From Deltaproteobacteria bacterium (lineage in GTDB: Bacteria > Myxococcota > JACRCW01), in the NCBI GenBank assembly GCA_016218805.1, contig JACRCW010000025.1, positions 1,646-65,645 of the forward strand: 64,000 bases of DNA. The letters run 5' to 3'. A program made the translations under genes and the position numbers. The notes under the pieces were generated by a model, which saw only the letters and a program-made list of their open reading frames with translations, made no database searches and was not told where the DNA came from. This document shows, one piece after another, positions 1 through 8,977 of the stretch; position 1 is the first letter of the stretch, and every line of letters starts with the position of its first letter.

Positions 1-147
1 CACCAGCGCAAACCGCTCGTCCGAGAGCAGGGAGAGGTCCAGGGTGGTGCCGGGGCCCACGCGCACCTGCCGCCCGAACGGCGGCTGCCAGCAGGAGGCC
101 AGCGGCGCCAGGGCCAACAACAGGGCAAGCAGCCGGCCGCGCGTCAT
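1..147 (-). CDS. N-terminal part of a lipoprotein/secreted protein (gene continues beyond window start)
   Basis: Reverse-complement reads ATG at 145-147 then MTRGRLLALLLALAPLASCW... (signal peptide with lipobox-like LASC); open to window edge; start overlaps stop of next gene (ATGA). Confidence 0.4.
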   Translation of the reverse strand, partial: MTRGRLLALLLALAPLASCWQPPFGRQVRVGPGTTLDLSLLSDERFALV

Positions 148-1130
148 GGATTCCCCCGCGTGGTGGTGACCTCCACCTTGCCGTTCCTGGAGGGCTGGGC
201 GCTGGAGCACGCGCCGGTTTGCAGGCAATACAGGACCCCGCCGCCAGCGGTGGCGCCGGCCCCGCCCACCGCCAGCAGCCCCACCACCAGCAGCACGCCG
301 CCGCCGGCGAGTCCCGCGGTGAGGATCACCGGAATGACGGGCACCCCGCCACCACCACCACCTTCTGAGCCCTCGGTGGCGGCGGCCGCGGACTTGCACG
401 GGCGGGCGGCAGCCGCCGCGTCCCCCACGGTGACCCGGTAGGTGGGCTTGCCGCCCTTGACCTCCACCTTGTCACCAATGACGTTCATGAACTCCAGCGC
501 GTAGTCCAGGAAGTACCCGGCGGGCTTGTCCCCCGGCATGCTGGCGGCGGGGTCGGCAAGGCGCCCCTTGAAGCTGCGCTCGCCCTCCTTGCCGGCGGAG
601 CCCTGCAGCGGCACGTCCACCCAGGCGCCCTCCTTGCCGCACAGCACCGCGCGCACCCGCGCGCGCGCGTTGCTCACCCGCGCGAACGCGTCTTTCACGG
701 ACAGCTCAATACCCACCCCCTCGCCGGGGGGGGCCGTGGACGGCGCCTCGTGGGTGAGGCCCACCTCGCCGCGCTTCTGGAACTCCTTCTTCACGTCAGA
801 GAAGACCGTGCGGAAGCGCGGGCTGACGGACGCGTCCATCTCAAACGCGGCGTCAATGATGAGCAACTTGACGAACGCCTCGCGCGCCTTGGGCGCGTCA
901 CCCAGCGCGGTGTAGGTGAACCCCTGGAGCTTGTAGATTTCCAGGTATTCCTCGCGCTTGAGATCCGGCTGCAACAACGCTTCCGCCAGGATGGCGGGCA
1001 GCGCCTGGTAGTCCAGGTCCCGGTATTTCTCGCGGGCCTGTTGCAGGTAGGCGCCGCCGCCGGCCAGCGCACTGCCGGCCACGCCGGCCAGGCCCAGCAC
1101 CAGGGCAAAGCGCAGTGCGCGCTGGCGCAT
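144..1130 (-). CDS. hypothetical secreted protein, TPR-like N-region, C-terminal Gly-rich membrane anchor
   Basis: ORF 144..1196(-); internal start MRQRALRFALVLGLAGVAGSALA (signal peptide) at 1130; C-terminal GGGGG..VLLVVGLLAVGG hydrophobic segment. Confidence 0.5.
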   Translation of the reverse strand: MRQRALRFALVLGLAGVAGSALAGGGAYLQQAREKYRDLDYQALPAILAEALLQPDLKREEYLEIYKLQGFTYTALGDAPKAREAFVKLLIIDAAFEMDASVSPRFRTVFSDVKKEFQKRGEVGLTHEAPSTAPPGEGVGIELSVKDAFARVSNARARVRAVLCGKEGAWVDVPLQGSAGKEGERSFKGRLADPAASMPGDKPAGYFLDYALEFMNVIGDKVEVKGGKPTYRVTVGDAAAAARPCKSAAAATEGSEGGGGGGVPVIPVILTAGLAGGGVLLVVGLLAVGGAGATAGGGVLYCLQTGACSSAQPSRNGKVEVTTTRGNP

Positions 1131-1810
1131 CAGGGCACCTCGCTGCACTGCGGGATGCCCGCGCTGTTGATGGGGCATGCCACGGTGGTGGCGCACGGCC
1201 CACCGTCACCGGGCACACAGCGGCGTCCGTCACACGGCGCCACACCGGAACCGCAGCGCGTGGGCAGGAAGCGGTCCGGGTGCACGGCCTGCTCCGGAAT
1301 GGCGTACAGGTGGTGGATGCTGGTGCCACCGGCGCCCGGACAGCTGAGCTTGAGCGTCTCATCCCCCGCAATGACGGCGGAGCAGCCGCCGTCCGTGGTG
1401 GGGGTGAACGCGCTGTGCGGGTCCAGCGTTCCACCCAGCAGCAACGGCGCAGGACCCCCATCTATCCCCACCGACGCCACCGCGCAGCTTCCCTGCGCCT
1501 GCTGCAGCACCAGCACCACCGGGTCCGCAGCGGAACCCGTGCGGTAGGCGGCGTAGCGCCCGGAAACGTTGAGGCAGGGCGGCACAAACCGGCAGGTGCC
1601 CCCCACGCAGATGCGGCGGTCCGCGCAGTCGGCCGTCGTGCTGCAGGTGGGGATGGCCGGTTGCTCGCGCTCCACGCAGCGCTTGAGCGGGCCACACACC
1701 TCCCGTTCGCCGCAGTCAAAATCCGTGGAGCACAACAGCTCCCGGCAGCCGGTCACTTGCCCGGTGACCGCAAGCAACGCCGTGACGGTGAGCAGCGGGA
1801 CGCGCTTCAT
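1130..1810 (-). CDS. cysteine-rich secreted lipoprotein
   Basis: MKRVPLLTVTALLAVTGQVTGC lipobox signal; about 22 Cys in 226 aa with repeated C-x-x-G-x-C patterns; start overlaps downstream gene. Confidence 0.5.
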   Translation of the reverse strand: MKRVPLLTVTALLAVTGQVTGCRELLCSTDFDCGEREVCGPLKRCVEREQPAIPTCSTTADCADRRICVGGTCRFVPPCLNVSGRYAAYRTGSAADPVVLVLQQAQGSCAVASVGIDGGPAPLLLGGTLDPHSAFTPTTDGGCSAVIAGDETLKLSCPGAGGTSIHHLYAIPEQAVHPDRFLPTRCGSGVAPCDGRRCVPGDGGPCATTVACPINSAGIPQCSEVP

Positions 1811-1853
1811 GAGGGGGGCCCTTATCACACCGGCAGCCCGCCGCGCGCAACCG

Positions 1854-2753
1854 TCAGTCCCGTGACGCCCAGTCGCACGCGCGCAGGTGTTCCACCAGGC
1901 GCGCTTCGGGTGTGCCGGGCGCGGGGGACTCGTTGTAACCCCAGCGGCACAGCGGCGGCAGCGACATCAGGATGGACTCCACGCGCCCCTGCGTCTCCAA
2001 CCCGAACACCGTGCCGCGGTCATACAGGAGGTTGAACTCCGCGTAGCGGCCGCGGCGCCACAACTGGTGGCGGCGTTCGCGCGCGCCGTAACACAGGCTG
2101 GCGCGGCGCTCGACGATGGGCAGGTAGGCAGGGAGGAACGCGTGCGCCGTATCGCGCACCAGCGGGAAGTGGCGCGTGGGGTCGGCCTCGCCGCGGCCCA
2201 GGTGGTCAAAGAAGATGCCGCCCAGCCCGCGCGTCTCGCCGCGGTGCTTGAGGAAGAAGTACTGGTCACAGGCGGCCTTGAAGCACGGGTAGTAGGCGCG
2301 GTCATGCCGGTCACAGGCGGCCTGCAGCGTGCGGTGGAAGTGCGCGGCGTCCGACACGTACAGGTAGCTGGGTGTGAGGTCCGCGCCGCCGCCCCACCAG
2401 CGCGCGGCGCCCTGCTCAAAGTAGCGGAAGTTGGCGTGCACGGTGGGGCAATGCGGGTTGCGCGGGTGCAGCACCAGGCTCACGCCGGTGGCAAAGAACT
2501 GCGTCCCCTCCCCGCCCACCCGGCGCGCAAACTCCGGCGGCAGCTCCCCTTCCACGGCGGAGAAGTTCACCCCGCCCTTCTCAAACACGCGCCCCTCCTC
2601 AATCACGCGCGCCCGCCCGCCGCCGCCACCGGGGCGCTCCCAGGGGTCCTCGCGGAAGCGCCCGCGTCCATCCGCGGCCTCCAGGCCGGCGGTGATGCGG
2701 TCCTGCAGGGCGCGCATGAAGGTCTCCACCTCGTGGCTGTAGGGCGTTCGCAT
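1854..2753 (-). CDS. hemF: oxygen-dependent coproporphyrinogen III oxidase
   Basis: 299 aa; aerobic HemF-family length and motifs (e.g. FFDHLGRGEAD, GARERRHQLWRRGRYAEFNLLYDRGTVFGL). Confidence 0.9.
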   Translation of the reverse strand: MRTPYSHEVETFMRALQDRITAGLEAADGRGRFREDPWERPGGGGGRARVIEEGRVFEKGGVNFSAVEGELPPEFARRVGGEGTQFFATGVSLVLHPRNPHCPTVHANFRYFEQGAARWWGGGADLTPSYLYVSDAAHFHRTLQAACDRHDRAYYPCFKAACDQYFFLKHRGETRGLGGIFFDHLGRGEADPTRHFPLVRDTAHAFLPAYLPIVERRASLCYGARERRHQLWRRGRYAEFNLLYDRGTVFGLETQGRVESILMSLPPLCRWGYNESPAPGTPEARLVEHLRACDWASRD

Positions 2754-2904
2754 GGCGCTGGGGCACTTAGCGCAGCGGGCCTGCGGCCGCAGGGCGCCTC
2801 CGGGCGGTCCGCCGGACGTCCGTTGACGGCCCGCACCGGCCGTGGCCTAAGCAGCCCACGCGGCCGGGGCGCCAAGCCCGCCCCGGCGAGAGGGAGAGCA
2901 CGCC

Positions 2905-4305
2905 ATGCCCAAGCCGCTGGAGGGACCGCTGACCAAGGACATGCTGGTGGAGGAGACCCGGTTCCTCCTCAAGACGCTGCTGCGGGATGACCTGTTCGGC
3001 GAAGAGGTCAGCGTCACCGAAGCGGAAAAGCTGCTGGAGGCGAGCCTGAGCCTGGGGTTTGTGGACTACGCGGCGTTCCTCAAGAAGCGCGAGTACGTGG
3101 TCATTGACCGCACGCGCAACACCGTGAAGGTCACCTCCAAGGGCCGCCTCATCGCAGACGGGATGGACGACGCGGAGTTCCACCGCGAGCTGGCCGGGCA
3201 TTTTGCCTCCCGGCTGGCGGGGGCGTCCCCGGGCGGTTCGCTGCCGCCCCTGTCCAGCACGCTGCCGCGCACCGGCGCGTCCACGCCGCCCACGCGGTCC
3301 GCCAGCTCGGCGCTGCCGGGCGCGTCACTGGGGCACCGGGACGGGCACCACCACGCGGCGGCGGCGGATGACCTCAAGGACGGCCGCTACACGCGCGGCG
3401 AGCTGCTGGGCCAGGGCGGCCTGGGCGGCGTGTTCAAGGGCCGCAACATCTACCTGAACCGCGACGTGGCGGTGAAGGAGTTCCGGCACCTGTTTGACTA
3501 CCTGGCGTTCCTGCAGCGTGACGAGGTGCTGCGCCGCCTGCGCGCCGCGGTGATGGCGCAGGCGGGGCTGGGCCACCCGTTTGTGCTGGAGGTGCTGGAC
3601 CTCAACTTTGACCGGGACCCGCCGTACGTGGTGCTTTCCCTGGCCGCCGGCGGCAACCTGAAGGACCGGCTGGCGCGCGCGCCGGACGGCGGCCGCCTGC
3701 CGGTCAACCTGGGCGCACGGATCCTGTTCCAGGCGGCCTACGCGCTGCAGCACGCACACGCGCACGGCGTGGTCCACGGTGACCTCAAGCCGGAGAACGT
3801 GCTGTTTGACGGCGCCGGCAACGTGAAGGTGTCCGACTTTGGCGTGGCGCGCGTGGTGGAGAAAGCGCCGGGCCAGGGCCCGCCGGTGTACGTGGGCGTG
3901 GGCAACCCGAGCTACCTGTCCCCGGAACAGCTGCACAACAGCGGGGATGTGACGGTGCTGTCGGATATCTACTCGTTTGGGATCCTGCTGTATCAGGTGG
4001 CCACTGGTCAGCTGCCCGGCCGCCGCAGCCCCATGCCCAGCGAAGTGAACCCGGGCTACCCCAAGAGCCTGGACACGCTGTTTGACGAGATGACGCGCGA
4101 CAAGCCGGAGGAGCGGGTCAAGACGTTTGACGACGTGTTGGCGGGGTTGTACGCGGCCTTCCCGCGCGACGAGGTGCTGGCGCGCGGCAACCTCATCCTG
4201 TTTGAGACCGACCCGCTGCCCCCCGTGACCGCCAAACCGGAGGAGAAACCCGCCGCCGCGCCTCCGGGACCCAACGGCGCGGATGCGCGCACTGAGCCGG
4301 GCTAA
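2905..4305 (+). CDS. serine/threonine protein kinase with uncharacterised N-terminal domain
   Basis: Hanks kinase motifs: VAVKEF (Lys), HGDLKPENVLF (catalytic loop), SDFGVAR (DFG), SPEQ; about 150 aa N-domain before kinase. Confidence 0.85.
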   Translation: MPKPLEGPLTKDMLVEETRFLLKTLLRDDLFGEEVSVTEAEKLLEASLSLGFVDYAAFLKKREYVVIDRTRNTVKVTSKGRLIADGMDDAEFHRELAGHFASRLAGASPGGSLPPLSSTLPRTGASTPPTRSASSALPGASLGHRDGHHHAAAADDLKDGRYTRGELLGQGGLGGVFKGRNIYLNRDVAVKEFRHLFDYLAFLQRDEVLRRLRAAVMAQAGLGHPFVLEVLDLNFDRDPPYVVLSLAAGGNLKDRLARAPDGGRLPVNLGARILFQAAYALQHAHAHGVVHGDLKPENVLFDGAGNVKVSDFGVARVVEKAPGQGPPVYVGVGNPSYLSPEQLHNSGDVTVLSDIYSFGILLYQVATGQLPGRRSPMPSEVNPGYPKSLDTLFDEMTRDKPEERVKTFDDVLAGLYAAFPRDEVLARGNLILFETDPLPPVTAKPEEKPAAAPPGPNGADARTEPG

Positions 4306-4495
4306 GCCTGGGCGAGGACCGGCTGCGCCGGTTGGACGTCGTGGAGGAGGGCCGGGCCGGTGGCCGGCGGGGACGCCGGCCCCACCGTTGCTGGTTGCGG
4401 TGGAGCGGCTGCAGCAGGCAGTCATGGTGCGCGAGCGTGTCCCGAGAGCGGCGGCGCCGCACCGGTGCGCCGGGCCTCCCGCGCCTCACCGCGCT

Positions 4496-5398
4496 TCACG
4501 CCTCCGCGGGCCACAGCCACGCCGCGCCACGCACGCCGCTGGCGTCGCCGTGGGCGGCGGGTGCCAGGCGCGTGTCCACGCGGTCGCTGAACACGTACGC
4601 ACTCCAGCGCGCCGGGATATCCCGGTACAACTCATGGATGTTGGACAGCCCACCGCCCAGCACAATGACGTGCGGGTCCACCACGTTGATGACGCTGGCC
4701 AGCGAGCGCGCCAGCCGGTCCACGTAGCGGCCGTACGCGTCCCGCGCGGCGGCCACTCCCGCGTGGCACAGCGCCATGATCTCCTCCGCAGGCGCGTCCT
4801 GGCCGCCGTGGCGCGCGAAGTCATGCCGGAAGCCGGGGCCGGACAGAAACGTCTCAACGCACCCCGCCCTGCCGCAGTAGCAGGCGGGGCCCGGGCGCTC
4901 GTCGGCGGCGGGCCAGGGGAGCGGGTTGTGGCCCCATTCGCCCGCAATGGCGTTGGGCCCCTGCACCAACTGGCGTCCCACCACCAGGCCGCCGCCCACC
5001 CCCGTCCCCAGAATGGCGGCAAACACCACCCCCGCCCCGGCGCCCGCACCATCGGTGGCTTCGGACAGCGCAAAGCAGTCCGCGTCATTGGCCATCCGCA
5101 CCGGGCGCCGCAGCGCCTGCTGCAGGTCCTCCAGCAAGGGTTGGCCGTTGAGGCAGGTGGAGTTGCAGTTCTTCATCCGCCCCGTCGCCGGCGAGCGCGC
5201 GCCGGGCGTGCCGATGCCCACCGTGCACTGCGCGGCCACCTCCGCTTCCAGTTCCTCGACGATGGAGGCGATCTCGCGCAGCGTGGCGGGGTAGTCCCCC
5301 GCCGGCGTGGGAACGCGCCGCCGGGCCCGCACGCGGCCGCGGACGTCCATCACCACCGCTTCAATCTTGGTGCCCCCGAGATCCACTCCGATGCGCAT
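4496..5398 (-). CDS. ROK-family sugar kinase (N-acetylglucosamine kinase/fructokinase-like)
   Basis: MRIGVDLGGTKIE N-terminal ATPase motif; Cys-rich zinc motif CYCGRAGCVETFLSG typical of ROK. Confidence 0.8.
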   Translation of the reverse strand: MRIGVDLGGTKIEAVVMDVRGRVRARRRVPTPAGDYPATLREIASIVEELEAEVAAQCTVGIGTPGARSPATGRMKNCNSTCLNGQPLLEDLQQALRRPVRMANDADCFALSEATDGAGAGAGVVFAAILGTGVGGGLVVGRQLVQGPNAIAGEWGHNPLPWPAADERPGPACYCGRAGCVETFLSGPGFRHDFARHGGQDAPAEEIMALCHAGVAAARDAYGRYVDRLARSLASVINVVDPHVIVLGGGLSNIHELYRDIPARWSAYVFSDRVDTRLAPAAHGDASGVRGAAWLWPAEA

Positions 5399-5437
5399 GG
5401 GCTCCTCCGCGCACCCGCGGTTGTACCCCTTGGCCGC

Positions 5438-8257
5438 TCACGGCGCGCGCGGCACCACCGTGGCCGGGTCCGGCCCCACCACGGACAGGACGTACCGGCC
5501 GGTGTCCATGTACTTGCGCGCCAGTGCCCGCACATCCGCGGCGGTCACCGCCATGATGCGGTCCGCATACCGGGCGTGCTCGGCGTAGCCCAGGCCGTAC
5601 ACTTCGTTGAAGGACAGCGTGGCGGCCCGCGCACCCATCTTCTGCAGGCCAATCTCATGCGTACCGACCAGATAGCGCTGCGCGCGGTCCAGTTCCTTCT
5701 GGCTCACGGGCTCTTCGCAGACGCGGGTGAGCTCTGCCAGGATGCCGCTGAGCGCCTGGTCCACCTTGTCCGGGGACGTGCCCATGTAGACGGCCACGTA
5801 CCCGGGATCCACGCCCTCCAGCGAAAACGCCGTGATGGAGTACGCCAGGGACTGCTTGTCACGCAGCTCAATGAACAGGCGCCCGCCCTGCCCCGCCAGG
5901 ATCGTCGTGAGCACCTCCAGGCCGTAGCGGTCCGGGCTGCCCAGCGTGGCGCCGCGGAAGCCCAGCACCAGGTGCGTCTGCTCCTTGTCCTTCTTGAGCC
6001 GCGCAATCAGCGGCGCGGTGATCTCCGGCTCGGCGGGGAACACGCGCGGCGCGGGGAAGGGGCGGCTGCGCGGCAGGTCGTTGAACGAATCCTCCACCAG
6101 CTCGGCCACCCGCTCGGGGTCCACGTCCCCCACGACGGAAAGCACCATGCGGTCCGGGGTGAAGTGCTCGCGGTAGTAGCGCACCAGGTCGTCCCGCTTG
6201 AAGGCGGTCACCGTGTCACGCGTGCCCAGCGTGTCCATGCGGTAGGGGTGGTGCTTGTACAGCGTGCGGCCAAACTGCTCGAACGCCAGCCCGCTGGGGT
6301 TGTCCTCCTTGTTGCGGATCTCCTCCAACACCAGCTTGCGCTGCCTCTCCAGCTCGTCGGCAGCAAACGCGGGGCGGATGATGCTGTCCGCCATCAGGCT
6401 GAACCCGTGCTCAAAGTGCCGGGCCAGGAACTCACCGCGCACGCCAAAGCTGTTGCGGCCGGTGAAGCCCTCCAGCGTGCCCGCCGCGCTTTCCACCTCG
6501 TGCGCCACCTCCAGCGCGCTGGGTCCGCCTTCAATGCCCCGGGTGACCAGCTCCGCCATGAGGTTGTGGATGCCGTTGGTCTTGTCGTCCTCGTCGCGCA
6601 GGCCGCCCAGCCACACCGCGCGCATGCTGACCACGGGCACCTTGGGATCCGGCAGCACCAGCAGCGTGACGCCGCTCTGCAGCTGGCCGCGCCACACGCC
6701 CAGCTCGCCGCGGCTGAGCAGCATGCGCTGGCGGATCTTCCCCAGCTCGTCGGCGGCGGCGGCCACGGTCTCCTTGAGCTGCGCCTCGGCAACCGGCGGG
6801 GCCTGCTCGGGGAGCAGCGCCACCAGCGTGAGCCGGTCATCCATGAGGTACTTGGCCGCCACGCGCTTGACGTCCTGCGCGGTGACCGCGCGGATGCCCG
6901 CCATGTACTGGCGCTCAAAGTCCACGCTGCCGGCAACCGCCTCGTAGTAGCCCAGCTTGCGCGCCAGGCCCTGCACGGTCTCCTTCTGGTAGACCGTGTC
7001 AGACTCAATGATGGTCTTGGCCTTCTCCAGTTCCTCCGCGGTCACCTGCCCGTCACGCAGGCGGTAGGTCTCCACCAGCATGGCCTGCAGCGCCGCGTGC
7101 AGGTCACCGTGGTGCAGGGATGCGCCCACCATCAGCAGGCCCGGGTCCCGCGGCGTGTAGCTGTAGGCGTAGACGTCATTGACCAGCCGGCGGCCGTGTT
7201 TGACGCCGCGGGACAACCGGGACGAATCACCGTGGCCCAGCAGGATGGACAGCACGTCCAGCGCGTGGATGTCCGGGTTGAGCATGTCCGGGATGTGCCA
7301 GGCCAGGCTGAGGTGCGTCTCCTGGATCTTGTCCTTGCCCACGCGCACGCGCAGGCCCTGCTGGGTGGGTTCGGACTGGCGTGGCGGCAGCGGCTCGGAA
7401 GCGCCGGCAAACGCGCCAAAGTTGGCCTCCACCTTGCGCAGCGCCTCGGTGGTGTCAAAGTCACCGGTGATCACCAGCACCATGCGGTCCGGGCGGTAGT
7501 GGCGCTTGTAGAACCCGAGGATCTTCTCGCGCGTGAACGCGCGCACCGTCCTCTCGTAGCCGATCACCGGGCGGCGGTAGGTGTGCTTCTGGTAGGCGGT
7601 CTCAAAGGTCAGCTCGCTGATGACGCGCGCCGGCATGTCACGGCTGCGCTTGACCTCCTCAATGACCACCTCCAGTTCCTTGGCCAGTTCCGCCGGGTCA
7701 AAGCTGCTGTGCTGCACCGCGTCCGCCAGGACCTCCAGCCCCTGGTCAAAGAACCGGCTGGCCATGACCACGTGGTAGACGGTCTGGTCAAAGCTGGTCC
7801 ACGCGTTGATGTCGCCACCGGCCGCTTCCACCGCCTGGGCAATCTCACCCACGCCGCGCTTCTCGGTGCCCTTGAAGAGCATGTGCTCGTGGACGTGGGC
7901 CAGCCCCGCCTCGTCCTCGGACTCGTCGGCGGAGCCCACCTTGACCCAAACCTGGAAAGCCACCACGCGGGCCTGGTGGGACTCCTCCAGGATGACGGTG
8001 AGCCCGTTGGGCAACACGCGCCGGACGGGTCCTTTCTCCAGGACGGGGGCGGATTCGGACGGGCTTTGAGGGACCACGCGGTCTTCCTTTCCAGGGGCTT
8101 CCTGGGGTGGCTCCGGGGCCGGGGGCGGCGGAGCGGGCCGGGGCTGGGGTTCCGGGCGGGGGAGATGTTCCCGACGCGCCCCCTGTGTGCAAGCTGCCGA
8201 CGACACGGCGACAGCCAGGGCGACCCAGCAGGCCGCTGTTGGGACGCGGTGGCGCAT
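5438..8257 (-). CDS. M16-family zinc metallopeptidase (tandem insulinase-like halves), secreted/lipoprotein
   Basis: HVHEHMLFKGT (HxxEH inverted zinc motif); two M16 repeats; internal start MRHRVPTAACWVALAVAVSSAAC signal/lipobox at 8257. Confidence 0.8.
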   Translation of the reverse strand: MRHRVPTAACWVALAVAVSSAACTQGARREHLPRPEPQPRPAPPPPAPEPPQEAPGKEDRVVPQSPSESAPVLEKGPVRRVLPNGLTVILEESHQARVVAFQVWVKVGSADESEDEAGLAHVHEHMLFKGTEKRGVGEIAQAVEAAGGDINAWTSFDQTVYHVVMASRFFDQGLEVLADAVQHSSFDPAELAKELEVVIEEVKRSRDMPARVISELTFETAYQKHTYRRPVIGYERTVRAFTREKILGFYKRHYRPDRMVLVITGDFDTTEALRKVEANFGAFAGASEPLPPRQSEPTQQGLRVRVGKDKIQETHLSLAWHIPDMLNPDIHALDVLSILLGHGDSSRLSRGVKHGRRLVNDVYAYSYTPRDPGLLMVGASLHHGDLHAALQAMLVETYRLRDGQVTAEELEKAKTIIESDTVYQKETVQGLARKLGYYEAVAGSVDFERQYMAGIRAVTAQDVKRVAAKYLMDDRLTLVALLPEQAPPVAEAQLKETVAAAADELGKIRQRMLLSRGELGVWRGQLQSGVTLLVLPDPKVPVVSMRAVWLGGLRDEDDKTNGIHNLMAELVTRGIEGGPSALEVAHEVESAAGTLEGFTGRNSFGVRGEFLARHFEHGFSLMADSIIRPAFAADELERQRKLVLEEIRNKEDNPSGLAFEQFGRTLYKHHPYRMDTLGTRDTVTAFKRDDLVRYYREHFTPDRMVLSVVGDVDPERVAELVEDSFNDLPRSRPFPAPRVFPAEPEITAPLIARLKKDKEQTHLVLGFRGATLGSPDRYGLEVLTTILAGQGGRLFIELRDKQSLAYSITAFSLEGVDPGYVAVYMGTSPDKVDQALSGILAELTRVCEEPVSQKELDRAQRYLVGTHEIGLQKMGARAATLSFNEVYGLGYAEHARYADRIMAVTAADVRALARKYMDTGRYVLSVVGPDPATVVPRAP

Positions 8258-8382
8258 GGCGCGGCACCATGGGGCCGCACTCCTGCACGGCGCAAGCCCG
8301 CCCCGGGACGGGCGCCACCGCCGCCGATGGAGTATCAACCCGCGCAGGCAACGCACGGCGGCGGCCGGTGCGGGGAGTGACC

Positions 8383-8964
8383 ATGCGGAGTGCCGGGCTG
8401 GTGAAGGGATGGGCGGTGGCGCTGGCACTGGCGGCGGTGACGGTGGCCTGCCCCCGGCTGGGGCCCGGTGACCGCGGGGACCCGTGCCGCGAACACGCGG
8501 ACTGCGCGGATGACCTGGTGTGCGCGGATGACAAGTGCGGCACGCCGTGGGCGCGGCGCTGGCGGCTGACCGTGGTGGGCGCGCACATCAGCGCGCTGGA
8601 TCCCTCCGGCGGCGCCTGGGACAGCGATGACAGCGCGCCCGACCCGTACATGACGGTGACGGTGGACGGCGCCGAGGCGCTCCGCACGCAGGCCAAGCCC
8701 GACACGCTTACCCCGGCGTGGAACGAAGCGGTCACCGTGTTTCTGAACAACAACACCACGGTCCAGATCGCCCTGTGGGACGACGATTTCTTCTCCCTGT
8801 TCCCCGCCCCCATTGCCGCCACGCGGGATGCACCCGTGGCGCTGTTTGAGCTGCGGCAGGGCAGCACCACCGCGTACGCGGTGACCGGCACGCTGCCGGA
8901 CGGAGGCGGCGGCGGGATGCAGACCACCACGACAATCACCTACCAGTGGGACCTGGCGGAGTGA
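8383..8964 (+). CDS. C2-domain-containing lipoprotein
   Basis: Start MRSAGLVKGWAVALALAAVTVAC (lipobox); C2 signature LTVVGAHISALDPSGG..SDDSAPDPYMTVTVDG..TLTPAWNEAVTVF..IALWDDDFFS. Confidence 0.6.
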   Translation: MRSAGLVKGWAVALALAAVTVACPRLGPGDRGDPCREHADCADDLVCADDKCGTPWARRWRLTVVGAHISALDPSGGAWDSDDSAPDPYMTVTVDGAEALRTQAKPDTLTPAWNEAVTVFLNNNTTVQIALWDDDFFSLFPAPIAATRDAPVALFELRQGSTTAYAVTGTLPDGGGGGMQTTTTITYQWDLAE

Positions 8965-8977
8965 GCGGGGGTACCGC

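Noticed and set aside
4283-8380. 1365-aa plus-strand ORF
   Set aside because: Antisense to the M16 peptidase gene, which has a clear HxxEH motif; composition dominated by Arg/Ala/Gly/His/Val with no domain features. High-GC antisense artefact.
8107-8964. Longer 285-aa form of the C2-domain gene
   Set aside because: Upstream 92 codons (MAPGPGAAERAGAGVPGGGDV...) are low-complexity and overlap the divergent M16 gene region; a lipobox signal begins at the internal Met 8383.
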